NCBI GenBank assembly: GCA_011364905.1
Contig: RDNZ01000029.1
Span: 1-33,017, forward strand
Origin: Candidatus Thorarchaeota archaeon
Lineage (GTDB): Archaea > Asgardarchaeota > Thorarchaeia > Thorarchaeales > Thorarchaeaceae
DNA length: 33,017 nucleotides
Direction of reading: 5' to 3'
Shown: piece after piece, positions 7,331 to 16,077 of the stretch
Position numbering within the stretch: the stretch's first letter is position 1
Layout: each line of letters begins with the position of its first letter
Made by a program: the position numbers and the translations under genes
Notes under the pieces: model-generated
Database searches by the model: none
What the model was told of the DNA's origin: nothing
What the model saw: only the letters and a program-made list of their open reading frames with translations

Positions 7331-8896
7331 TTATAGGACACCTTCTTTCTGGCGTTCCTTGTACATCCGGTATGAGAGTGCCATGGTCTTTGGGTGAGCT
7401 GAACGGTACTCGTCCAGCAGCCGGACAGATGTTGAAATAGGTGCGTTCTTAACCTTCTCTGGATCCTCGTGGGCTTCTTTCGATATCTTCTCGAGAGCTG
7501 AGATGAAGAAGTCAAGATCGTGACGTGGTTCCGTTTCAGTCGGTTCAATCATTAGTGCTTCAGGGACAATGAGAGGGAAGTAGACTGTAGGAGCATGGAC
7601 ACCAAAGTCCAACAGGCGTTTTGCCACGTTCATAGCTGTAATCTCTGTCTCGTCTTTCAATTCTGCGGCAGAGATCACGCACTCGTGCATTCTAGGTGCA
7701 TCTTGAGAATAAGGGAGTGTAAACCCAGGTATCTTTCTCACATGATGAGCAATATAGTTCGCGTTTAAGACCGCCACCTCAGAGGCTCGTTCGAGACCTT
7801 CAGATCCAAGTGAATAGATATAGGAATAGGCTCTGACGAGTACACCAAAGTTGCCATAGAAGCTCTTGACCTTGCCAATGGACTTGGGATAGTCATAGTC
7901 CAAATCAAAAGAACCGTCATCCTTCTTTACAATGCGTGGTACAGGAAGGAATTCCTTCAGTTTCTTTGTGACACCGACTGGTCCAGCACCGGGTCCGCCT
8001 CCACCATGAGGCGTGGAGAATGTCTTGTGCAGGTTCAGATGAACAACATCAAAGCCCATATCTCCAGGTCTCACTTTGCCCATAATCGCGTTGAAGTTGG
8101 CACCATCGTAGTAGACCAGACCTCCAGCGTCATGCACAATATCTGTTATCTCACCAATATCCTTCTCAAACACACCAATTGTATTTGGATTTGTAAGCAT
8201 CAAACCCCCAGTTTTCGGACCGACAACCTCCTTTAGGGCATCCAGATTAACTAGCCCTTCTTTGCTAGATGGAATGACTACCACCTTATACCCAGCCATA
8301 GCTGCAGACGCAGGATTTGTCCCATGTGCTGCATCCGGAATGAGCATCTCGGTTCTCATCTCACATTTATCGGTGTAGCAACGATGATACTCCCGCATCA
8401 TCATGACGCCAGTCCACTCTCCTTGCGCGCCTGCAGCAGGTTGAAGAGTGACCGCATCCATCCCGGTGATCTCAGCAAGCCATCCTTCAAGCTCCCACAT
8501 CATCTCAAGTGCACCTTGAGTCATCGAGGAGTCTTGTAGAGGATGCAACCAAGCAAACCCTGGAGTGCTGGCTGCCCAGTTGTTCTCTGCTGGATTGTAT
8601 TTCATTGTGCAACTGCCTAATGGGTAGGTGCCAAGATTAACTGCAAAGTTCATCTGTGATAGTCGTGTGAAATGTCGTGCTACTCCCGGCTCGGAAACCT
8701 CAGGAATCCTTGGTAGTTCTCTTCTAGCCATTTTATCCGGAATGACATCTCTGAGGGCGCCTACGACTTTCTTCACTTCAGAGTCAGCTGTTGGAAAAAC
8801 ATGCCCCACAACGCCTGGAATGGATCTTTCAAAGATCAGTGGTTCATCCCACTTTGCCTGGCGCACCTTGGTGTCATCCAAGTCATTACGCCTCAT
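7331..8896 (-). CDS. gcvPB: Glycine dehydrogenase (decarboxylating) subunit 2
   Basis: YPLGSCTMKYNP, QPAAGAQGE, HGTNPASA and the PLP-lysine motif LNLHKTFSTPHGGGGPG. Confidence 0.97.
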   Translation of the reverse strand: MRRNDLDDTKVRQAKWDEPLIFERSIPGVVGHVFPTADSEVKKVVGALRDVIPDKMARRELPRIPEVSEPGVARHFTRLSQMNFAVNLGTYPLGSCTMKYNPAENNWAASTPGFAWLHPLQDSSMTQGALEMMWELEGWLAEITGMDAVTLQPAAGAQGEWTGVMMMREYHRCYTDKCEMRTEMLIPDAAHGTNPASAAMAGYKVVVIPSSKEGLVNLDALKEVVGPKTGGLMLTNPNTIGVFEKDIGEITDIVHDAGGLVYYDGANFNAIMGKVRPGDMGFDVVHLNLHKTFSTPHGGGGPGAGPVGVTKKLKEFLPVPRIVKKDDGSFDLDYDYPKSIGKVKSFYGNFGVLVRAYSYIYSLGSEGLERASEVAVLNANYIAHHVRKIPGFTLPYSQDAPRMHECVISAAELKDETEITAMNVAKRLLDFGVHAPTVYFPLIVPEALMIEPTETEPRHDLDFFISALEKISKEAHEDPEKVKNAPISTSVRLLDEYRSAHPKTMALSYRMYKERQKEGVL

Positions 8897-10299
8897 CTTT
8901 CAGCACCCCCCTGTGAAACGATATCTTTCACTGCCCGTATCAGCTCTTCGATAGTTTCCTTGCTGTGCACTTCTGTCACGCAGAATAGCATCGACTCCCC
9001 AAGTGTCGGAAACTCATCGGTGAGGAGTTTACCGCCGTGTAGACCTCTCTCAAGTAGTCCCTCATAGACTGCATTTGCCGTCACTCCATTCTCAAAACGT
9101 ACAACAAACTCTTTCCAGGTAGACTTACCAAGAGCAGGCGCTTTTACTCCGGGAATTCCATCAAGCATTTTCGCCGCGTAATTTGCATTATACGCGATGG
9201 TTTCACCCACCTGTTTCAATCCTGTTGGACCAAGAAGCGAGAGATAGATTGCAGCACTCACTGCGAGAAGTGCCTGATTGGTACAAATGTTGCTGGTGGC
9301 CTTTTCCCGGCGAATATGCTGCTCTCTCGGGCTCAATGTCAGTACGTACCCATCCTCGAACGGTTCCTGTTCTGTCCTAGTCATCCCAACTAGCCGACCA
9401 GGCATCTGATAGATGAGTTTACGGTCATTAATACAACCAAAGATACCAACCAGCGGACCACCAAAAGTCATGGGAGACCCAAGGTGCTGTCCCTCAGCCA
9501 CCACGATGTCTGCACCATAATCACCAGGGGGGCGCATAAGACCCAGGGAGAGAATGTCAACACCTGCAACTAATAGTGCATCATGCTCATGGACTATCTT
9601 GCTTATCTCATCGACCTGATCTTCTATAAATCCAAGATAACTTGGATTTTCAATATAGACCCCTGCTACTTGGTCATCCATCTTTGATTCAAGGTCGTTA
9701 AGCGACATCAATCCGGTTTTGGAATCATACTCAATACTGTCTAATTCAATTTCGACTGGTTCTGTGTAGGTGTGACAGACCTTGTAGTGCTCGGGATTCA
9801 TTGTACCAGGAACAAGGAACTTTGACCGTTGTTTCTTGACACGGACTGTCATTCTCGCCGCTTCAGCTACAGCAGTTGCCATGTCATACATCGATGAATT
9901 GACAACATCAATGTCCAGAATCTCAGCGAGAAGACTCTGATACTCAAACAGTGTTTGCAGCATGCCTTGACTGACCTCAGCTTGATAGCTTGTATACGAC
10001 GTAAGAAACTCTGATCGGGTGGCCAGAGCAGGAACAATTGCTGGGACATAGTGCATTCCTATTCCAGCACCCAGAAAGACCCTTCCAGTGTCAGCAGGTC
10101 TGTTCTTGGCGGCTAGGTCCTGTATTCTTCGTGTCACCTCAATCTCGCTATGGGAGCGAGGGAGATCGAGGTCGCGTTGCAGCTTGAACTCCTCAGGTAT
10201 ATTCGAAAACAGCTCATCAAGGCGCTTCTTCCCGATAGACTCTAGCATGTCCTTCTCGGTCGCCTTGGTCATCGGTATCCAGGGATGCTTGTATTCCAT
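8893..10299 (-). CDS. gcvPA: Glycine dehydrogenase (decarboxylating) subunit 1
   Basis: FLTSYTSYQAEVSQG.LQ..FEYQS, SMYD.ATA.AEA and REQHIRREKATSNICTNQAL; 4-bp overlap (ATGA) with gcvPB. Confidence 0.97.
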   Translation of the reverse strand: MEYKHPWIPMTKATEKDMLESIGKKRLDELFSNIPEEFKLQRDLDLPRSHSEIEVTRRIQDLAAKNRPADTGRVFLGAGIGMHYVPAIVPALATRSEFLTSYTSYQAEVSQGMLQTLFEYQSLLAEILDIDVVNSSMYDMATAVAEAARMTVRVKKQRSKFLVPGTMNPEHYKVCHTYTEPVEIELDSIEYDSKTGLMSLNDLESKMDDQVAGVYIENPSYLGFIEDQVDEISKIVHEHDALLVAGVDILSLGLMRPPGDYGADIVVAEGQHLGSPMTFGGPLVGIFGCINDRKLIYQMPGRLVGMTRTEQEPFEDGYVLTLSPREQHIRREKATSNICTNQALLAVSAAIYLSLLGPTGLKQVGETIAYNANYAAKMLDGIPGVKAPALGKSTWKEFVVRFENGVTANAVYEGLLERGLHGGKLLTDEFPTLGESMLFCVTEVHSKETIEELIRAVKDIVSQGGAER

Positions 10300-10438
10300 T
10301 GCTGAAGCCTCTGAATAACAGGTTGCTTGTGGCGCAGCTAGCACCCAAATAGCCTTTCGGGTTAGACATCTGCAGAAGTAGCCAGAATGATTTTTAACGG
10401 CAACGGGTTATTCGATGCCAGTCACAGAAGTGATAGTA

Positions 10439-10753
10439 ATGAAACGCTGGTTGATGGACATCCTCGCCTGCCCTGTGAGCGACTGTAGAAGCAAACTAGA
10501 GTTGGATGTCTTCAAGTCCCATAACTTAGAATCAAAGGGCGAGAAGATCGAAGAAATCGACGAAGCGTTAATAACATGTCCGAAGTGTGGAAGATGGTAT
10601 CCTGTCATTGATGGGATAGCTTGCATGCTCCCTGATGATCTCAGGATGGATGGAAAACAAAGGAATGAAGAAACAGCATTTCTCGAGAGATGGAAGGAAC
10701 GAATATCTTCCGAAATCATTGAGAGCGGTATTCCTTTCAGTTTGAAGTCATAG
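10439..10753 (+). CDS. trm112: Trm112-like methyltransferase activator
   Basis: MKRWLMDILACP...L.CPKCGRWYPVIDGIACML is the Trm112 zinc-knuckle signature. Confidence 0.88.
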   Translation: MKRWLMDILACPVSDCRSKLELDVFKSHNLESKGEKIEEIDEALITCPKCGRWYPVIDGIACMLPDDLRMDGKQRNEETAFLERWKERISSEIIESGIPFSLKS

Positions 10754-10776
10754 ACCTGATTCACAGGTCAATCTAG

Positions 10777-10852
10777 AGCCCCGTGGTGTAGTGGTCCAGC
10801 ATTGAGGGTTTTGGCCTCTCAGACCTAGGTTCAAATCCTGGCGGGGCTACCA
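10777..10852 (+). tRNA. tRNA-Gln (anticodon TTG), intronless, CCA encoded
   Basis: Acceptor AGCCCCG/CGGGGCT (A1-U72, typical of archaeal tRNA-Gln), anticodon arm GAGGG-TTTTGGC-CTCTC, T arm CTAGG-TTCAAAT-CCTGG, then ACCA. Confidence 0.95.
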
Positions 10853-10899
10853 TTTTAATTGGTATCTGAACTGAAACCATACCTTTGGCAGTGATTGTT

Positions 10900-11754
10900 C
10901 TATTTCTCCTTCGGACTCAGTACTTCGCCAGCATCCTCCATTTGTACACGAAATAGTCGCTTCACATGAGAGAGAATCAGACGGTCTCCATTTACAAGAA
11001 CTTCAACATCGATATGGTCTTGAAGGCCAGAGGTGGAAATCTTTTTCTCCAGAACAGCTTCAACCTGAAAAACTCCTGCGGGATTGTCCATCGCCACAGT
11101 TATTCGCAACGGTTTGTTCTTGCCAGGCTCTAGAATAACGTTGTTGATTGCCATGGCACTTACGGAGTGAATATCGACCTTTCCTTTCTGGAAAGGGACC
11201 CTTGTGCGTCCCTTGGTCAAATCGCACCCATCACCAAGCTTTGTGATTCCAGCCTCAAGTGTCAAACACTGTGTGTCGTCATCATGAGCATAGATTCCGT
11301 GAAGAATGAATGAGAGAATATCAGTTGCCTTACCCGGGTCACCGTAGATGTCCATGAGCTTGTCCTCAAGAATGGGACTGGCCAAGTTGATTGATGCCTG
11401 AGGATGTTCATTCCTATGAACAACCATTCCTATATCATGAAGATAAGTCGATGCAAGCACTATTAGAAGACCATCGTCAATATCACCTATCCCCTCAGCA
11501 ACCACGTTAGGTTGGAATGTGCCTTCAAGGATATCAAAGGCTCTCAATGCATTCCAGGTTGCGACCTCAGCATGGACTGGGCCATGATCTGTGTATCCCA
11601 GTCTGGACACAGCCATTCGGTTGGCTGTACGGAGATAGGACTGTACTTTACGAGAACCAGTCAAGTATTGATACATCTCAAGAGCACGTGATTCTTCATG
11701 CAACAGCTCTCGTGCACGAATGTTCTCTCGTTGAAAGACTTCGCTCATATTCAT
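10900..11754 (-). CDS. HD-superfamily metal-dependent phosphohydrolase
   Basis: DHGPVHA, YLHDIG, IYAHD and GDGCDLTKGR motifs. Confidence 0.88.
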   Translation of the reverse strand: MNMSEVFQRENIRARELLHEESRALEMYQYLTGSRKVQSYLRTANRMAVSRLGYTDHGPVHAEVATWNALRAFDILEGTFQPNVVAEGIGDIDDGLLIVLASTYLHDIGMVVHRNEHPQASINLASPILEDKLMDIYGDPGKATDILSFILHGIYAHDDDTQCLTLEAGITKLGDGCDLTKGRTRVPFQKGKVDIHSVSAMAINNVILEPGKNKPLRITVAMDNPAGVFQVEAVLEKKISTSGLQDHIDVEVLVNGDRLILSHVKRLFRVQMEDAGEVLSPKEK

Positions 11755-11876
11755 TAAATTTTACCTTCATAGGGACAGTTTTTGGATGTCTTTTGTTTGA
11801 TAAGAGTTGCCTTCTGACATTATGTGATGTTTACATCTCTAGTCTCGAGGGGCAGAATCTAGGCGGCCGAGGCTGC

Positions 11877-14852
11877 CTAGATATCTCCAGCTTCTTCTTG
11901 CAATGAGAGTAGTATGCGGTCACTGGCACTTGTAGCCTTCTGGATCGTCTTGAGGTAATCCTGTCGAGACTTCTCAAAGGCTACACGACTGATTCGTTGC
12001 TTCTTCTTACGCAGAAGTAGCTGGCGAAGACCAGCTTTGGCTCCTTCGATTTTCTCATCTTGGAGTTCAAGTTGTCCAACAAGGTTACGGTATTTGGCAC
12101 CATAACCTATCAGCTCTGCTCTCAGGCTTGGGAGCTTGTCGTCAATCTCCTCAATCTGTTTTTTGAGGTCTCGTTCACGAATCATGTACTCTCTCTTTTT
12201 CACCTTGCCTCTCCTTCGAGCTGCGTCAAGCTTTTCCAAATCCATATTGAAACCTGTCTTCTTTGAATACAGAGTGGCAAACTCACTTAGGAGTTCAGGA
12301 GGGGCGCCTGTTTGTTTGGGCTGAGAGTCAACAACTTCTTCTTCATCTCGAGGACCTGTGACTTCTTCTGGTAGCTCTACTTTCCTCATCGTCACATAGA
12401 TGAGGCCTACTAAGCCAATCATCAGTGAAAAAATAGCAGGTCGTGCAAAGGCGCCTAGCGTCGTTGTATAGAAGACCTCCAATGAGATCGGATTTCTCTG
12501 GGTTGTATTGTATGATGAGTATTGAAGCGTGACATCAAAAATGCCATAGAGCTTCCGATAGCCAGCGCTAGCCTCTTTCAGAGCGACTGTTGGGCTCATG
12601 TCAACATCAATGACATGTTTTCGAACAAGGATGTCAGTTATAGTGGCCATTGGGATGTCGAGCTTGTTTCCATTGGGAGTAGCTTCTTGGTAGCTACTTG
12701 TTTGAACCACATAATCAACTGTGAAGGTGTATTTGAACCCTGTTTGCAGGCCTTGGCCAAACCTGTCGGCAGTGAGACTGACGATTAAGGTCTTGGTTTC
12801 ATTGAACTTGCTATCAACAATCGTTTTCTGAGTTTGTGCAAGAATGCCAACCTCATCATAGACGGACACTGATGTGGAGTAAGCAGGAATGACGAAATTA
12901 AATGTGTTAATTGGATTCGCACCTGTGTTGGTGATTGTGATGGTCTCTCTATAGGAAAGCCAGCCCCATGCACCAACAGTGACTCTGGTTGTTCTATCAG
13001 AAACAACATTAGGATAGAAGAGTCTCAAACGTGAGCTGAAGGTCAGCATTGAGAACGGGGCCAAATTTGCATCTGTTGAATCAGGCACAGGCTCATTAGG
13101 TATCAAAGAGCCTTGCTGTTGAAAGGTCAAAGCGAATTGGGCTCTGCGAATCACGTATGGGAGATATGGGTATCTCATGAAGGTTATTCGGTATTCCCAT
13201 TCAGTAGGAATTGTTAGGTAGAATACTCCCGTCATGTACATCGTAGTGGTGAAAGAGAATTCTTCTTGGAATCCGATTGGATCTCTGAAGTACAATATCC
13301 AATGCAGCATACCATCAGAGTCTGCAAGTTGAACGACAACAATCTCGTTCCCATCGCTATCTTCAGCAACCATTGACAGGAAGTTCGACGCGTATTCTTT
13401 GGGTAGATATATATCAATGGAGTTTATGGGAGCAGATCCATTGTTTACTATTGTATAATCATCAACCACTGTGGAACCATAGTGATTGGTCGGGGTAACT
13501 TTTCTGCTGACATCAACTTTCATCCCCAACAAAGGTAGGAATGGTCTGTTGATATTCACTGAAACGCTGGTGACCGCCGTTGCGTTTGATATGTCAGTTG
13601 CATTGAAGGTTATCACATGAGCTCCTTCGGAATATGTGGAAAGATCAATTTTTGACTCCCAGAATCCAGTACGGAAGTTATATTCCAAGGAGTCCCAATC
13701 CTCTTGATCAAATCGATAGGATGCAGACGTGACCCAGTCATCAGTAGCATTGAGCTGAAGGCTTGCAATCCATTGAAGAGAGGCCCCAGCTTCCGGAGTT
13801 ACGACTTTCAACGCTGGAGGGGCATTGGGTTCAAAATTCAGCAAGGCGGGATCTGACCAATATGTATGCTGTACTGGTAATCCATTGAGTTGCTCTTCAT
13901 TTCCAAACATGAAGATGAATGGAAACTGGATATCTGTGCTATTGAACAGGGGGATATCATTAGTGTCAGTGGAGTTCAGCAAGATTGCATACTCAAGCTG
14001 CGTGAAGGTGCCATTATCAGTCCCATCGGCTTGAAGAACTCTAGATTGGTCTGAATCACGGATATGCTGGAAAGTACTTGTCCCATGTTCATCACTAAAC
14101 ACTATCTGGCTCTGGTCAGCTGGATTGTCAGTATGAGATACACCGCCCCTGTAGATTCTGGTCAGAACAATGTCATAGATTAGGTCCTGCCCGTAGAGTG
14201 CGTGAGTTCTGTCTGTATATGCTTCGCTTGCAGGAATGACGAAATGACGCCTTTCACCAATTCGCATCCCAACTATTGCATCTTTATAACCCTGCAACGC
14301 TGATAACTCTTCAAGAGGTTGGACTGAAGTAATGTCGGGATAGTCAGACTCTTGGATAACTGTTCCATTTCGTAGACTCAAAACATAGTGTACTGTGACA
14401 GCGTCGGTGGTTTGAACTCTCCAATAACTACCAAGTGCTGCCCCAGGAGAGTAGCCAACTATAACATCACTGTTGTTCAACCCTGCACTCCTGAAAGTAT
14501 CAGTGTAGTTCTTCCATGCAAAGCCAATCCATCCGGAGGTCCTTGCCTCTAGACCAATATACAAAACTGTATCATTGTGTTCAGCATAGACTCTAACCCC
14601 GGTCACAGGATCTGTGTAAGTGAACGAATACTCGGTCGGGTCAATTATTCCATCGGTAATTCCGTAGTAATTATCTACAAAGGGAATAGACAGATTCGCT
14701 GTAGATTCAGCTATAATGGACCCGAAGTCCTTGGTTTGAGCCAAGTGTTCTGATTTCGCATTCTCTGAGATTGGACTAATCGCCATGAAACTACTTGTAA
14801 TAAACAGAGCAAGTAGTAGAAGGGTTCCTATCCGTTTGTTAAGCAGGCTCAA
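11877..14852 (-). CDS. Ribophorin I (OST1/RPN1)-like type I membrane glycoprotein with N-terminal DOMON-like, FKBP-like and Ig-like domains
   Basis: Signal peptide; DOMON-like (LYIGLEARTSGWIGFAW..SDVIVG); FKBP-like (VTVHY..GMRIGERRHFVIPASEAY); Ig-like (NAPPAL..EGAHVITFNATD). Two ribophorin-like repeats (VSRKV..YTIVNNG; RVTVGAWGWLSYRETITITNTG), one TM (PAIFSLMIGLVGLIYV) and a cytosolic coiled coil. Confidence 0.7.
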   Translation of the reverse strand: MSLLNKRIGTLLLLALFITSSFMAISPISENAKSEHLAQTKDFGSIIAESTANLSIPFVDNYYGITDGIIDPTEYSFTYTDPVTGVRVYAEHNDTVLYIGLEARTSGWIGFAWKNYTDTFRSAGLNNSDVIVGYSPGAALGSYWRVQTTDAVTVHYVLSLRNGTVIQESDYPDITSVQPLEELSALQGYKDAIVGMRIGERRHFVIPASEAYTDRTHALYGQDLIYDIVLTRIYRGGVSHTDNPADQSQIVFSDEHGTSTFQHIRDSDQSRVLQADGTDNGTFTQLEYAILLNSTDTNDIPLFNSTDIQFPFIFMFGNEEQLNGLPVQHTYWSDPALLNFEPNAPPALKVVTPEAGASLQWIASLQLNATDDWVTSASYRFDQEDWDSLEYNFRTGFWESKIDLSTYSEGAHVITFNATDISNATAVTSVSVNINRPFLPLLGMKVDVSRKVTPTNHYGSTVVDDYTIVNNGSAPINSIDIYLPKEYASNFLSMVAEDSDGNEIVVVQLADSDGMLHWILYFRDPIGFQEEFSFTTTMYMTGVFYLTIPTEWEYRITFMRYPYLPYVIRRAQFALTFQQQGSLIPNEPVPDSTDANLAPFSMLTFSSRLRLFYPNVVSDRTTRVTVGAWGWLSYRETITITNTGANPINTFNFVIPAYSTSVSVYDEVGILAQTQKTIVDSKFNETKTLIVSLTADRFGQGLQTGFKYTFTVDYVVQTSSYQEATPNGNKLDIPMATITDILVRKHVIDVDMSPTVALKEASAGYRKLYGIFDVTLQYSSYNTTQRNPISLEVFYTTTLGAFARPAIFSLMIGLVGLIYVTMRKVELPEEVTGPRDEEEVVDSQPKQTGAPPELLSEFATLYSKKTGFNMDLEKLDAARRRGKVKKREYMIRERDLKKQIEEIDDKLPSLRAELIGYGAKYRNLVGQLELQDEKIEGAKAGLRQLLLRKKKQRISRVAFEKSRQDYLKTIQKATSASDRILLSLQEEAGDI

Positions 14853-15051
14853 TACATATCACCGTGATATAATCGGGGTTTCTGTCAAGCGAAATAAAAT
14901 TCCACAAGACATGGGATTGGTCGCTCGAGCTTCTGGTTTGTTAAAATAGATTTCGGACGTTGAAAGCCTGCACAAACAACCACATTTGCTCCGAAAAGGT
15001 AAAAACTGACACGAAGTGCAGTGGGGCACAAGCACAAATGAAGTGGACCAG

Positions 15052-16077
15052 ATGATTACAATCCTTGTTGCATTGCTAGCTTCATTTCTTGTAGTTATAA
15101 TCTTCATGCCAAGAACCATCAAAATGCTGCTTGAAGCAGATAACACCGGAATAGATGTACACAAACCAGAGAAACCACGTGTTCCAAAAGGAGGCGGTAT
15201 CATCGTCCTCTTCGCCATTGTGTTCGGACTACTGATTGTGATGGGCATCACCACATTCCAGGAGCTAGCGGAGGTTCCTGAGGGGCTCCTTGCTGCATTG
15301 GTGTCTATACTCATGGCCGGGCTCATTGGACTTCTGGATGACACATTTAACTTCAAAAACAGGACCAAGATTGTACTTCCGCTTGTTGCATCAATTCCAA
15401 TGGTCGCTGTCAGTGTTGGAACTCCGACAATGACAATCCCATTCATTGGCACGATTAACTTTGGTCCGTTCTATGCACTTCTTATTGTGCCTTTAATGAT
15501 GACTTTTATCGTGGACTCCACAAATATGTACGGAGGAATGAATGGTCTCGAAGCAGGTCTCAGTACTATCAACTCCTCTGCAATCATTCTCTATATTCTT
15601 CTTTCGCCTTATGTCGACGGCCACATGATGACAAGTGCCCAGACGGATGCGGGGATAGTGGCGGCATCTCTTTTTGGTGCATCTGTTGCGTTTCTCATGT
15701 TCAATAGATATCCTGCTAGAGTGTTGCCCGGAGATGTTGGCAGACTGCCATTAGGAGCTGCAATAGCGTCAGCTCTGATACTTGGTAACATGGACAGGTT
15801 GGCAATAATAATGTATACACCATTCTTGATCAATTTCCTACTATACATAATATATCGTATCTATGTGAAAAGGAAGAGAATCGAGTATGTCAAATTCGCT
15901 TCCGCAAGAGAGGATGGAACTCTGAAAGTAGTTGGACCATTCACAATGTATTGGATACTGCCTCACTTCTCTACAAGGATTACCGAGAAACGGAATGTGC
16001 TGATGCTATTGTTACTTCAGGCAGTCATAGCATATGGTGCTGTAACCTTTCTCCTTTTGGGAATAACCATGTTCTAG
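15052..16077 (+). CDS. UDP-GlcNAc:dolichyl-phosphate GlcNAc-1-P transferase (GT4 / Alg7-AglH / MraY family)
   Basis: G.DVHKP..P.VPKGGG, IGLLDD, NMYGGMNGLE and FNRYPARVLPGDVG; polytopic membrane protein. Confidence 0.88.
   Translation: MITILVALLASFLVVIIFMPRTIKMLLEADNTGIDVHKPEKPRVPKGGGIIVLFAIVFGLLIVMGITTFQELAEVPEGLLAALVSILMAGLIGLLDDTFNFKNRTKIVLPLVASIPMVAVSVGTPTMTIPFIGTINFGPFYALLIVPLMMTFIVDSTNMYGGMNGLEAGLSTINSSAIILYILLSPYVDGHMMTSAQTDAGIVAASLFGASVAFLMFNRYPARVLPGDVGRLPLGAAIASALILGNMDRLAIIMYTPFLINFLLYIIYRIYVKRKRIEYVKFASAREDGTLKVVGPFTMYWILPHFSTRITEKRNVLMLLLLQAVIAYGAVTFLLLGITMF

Noticed and set aside
10777-10900. tRNA as an integration site for a mobile element
   Set aside because: No integrase and no duplicated tRNA 3' end seen in the window.
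14859-15452. 197-aa minus-strand ORF
   Set aside because: Antisense shadow of the GPT-like gene; no motifs.
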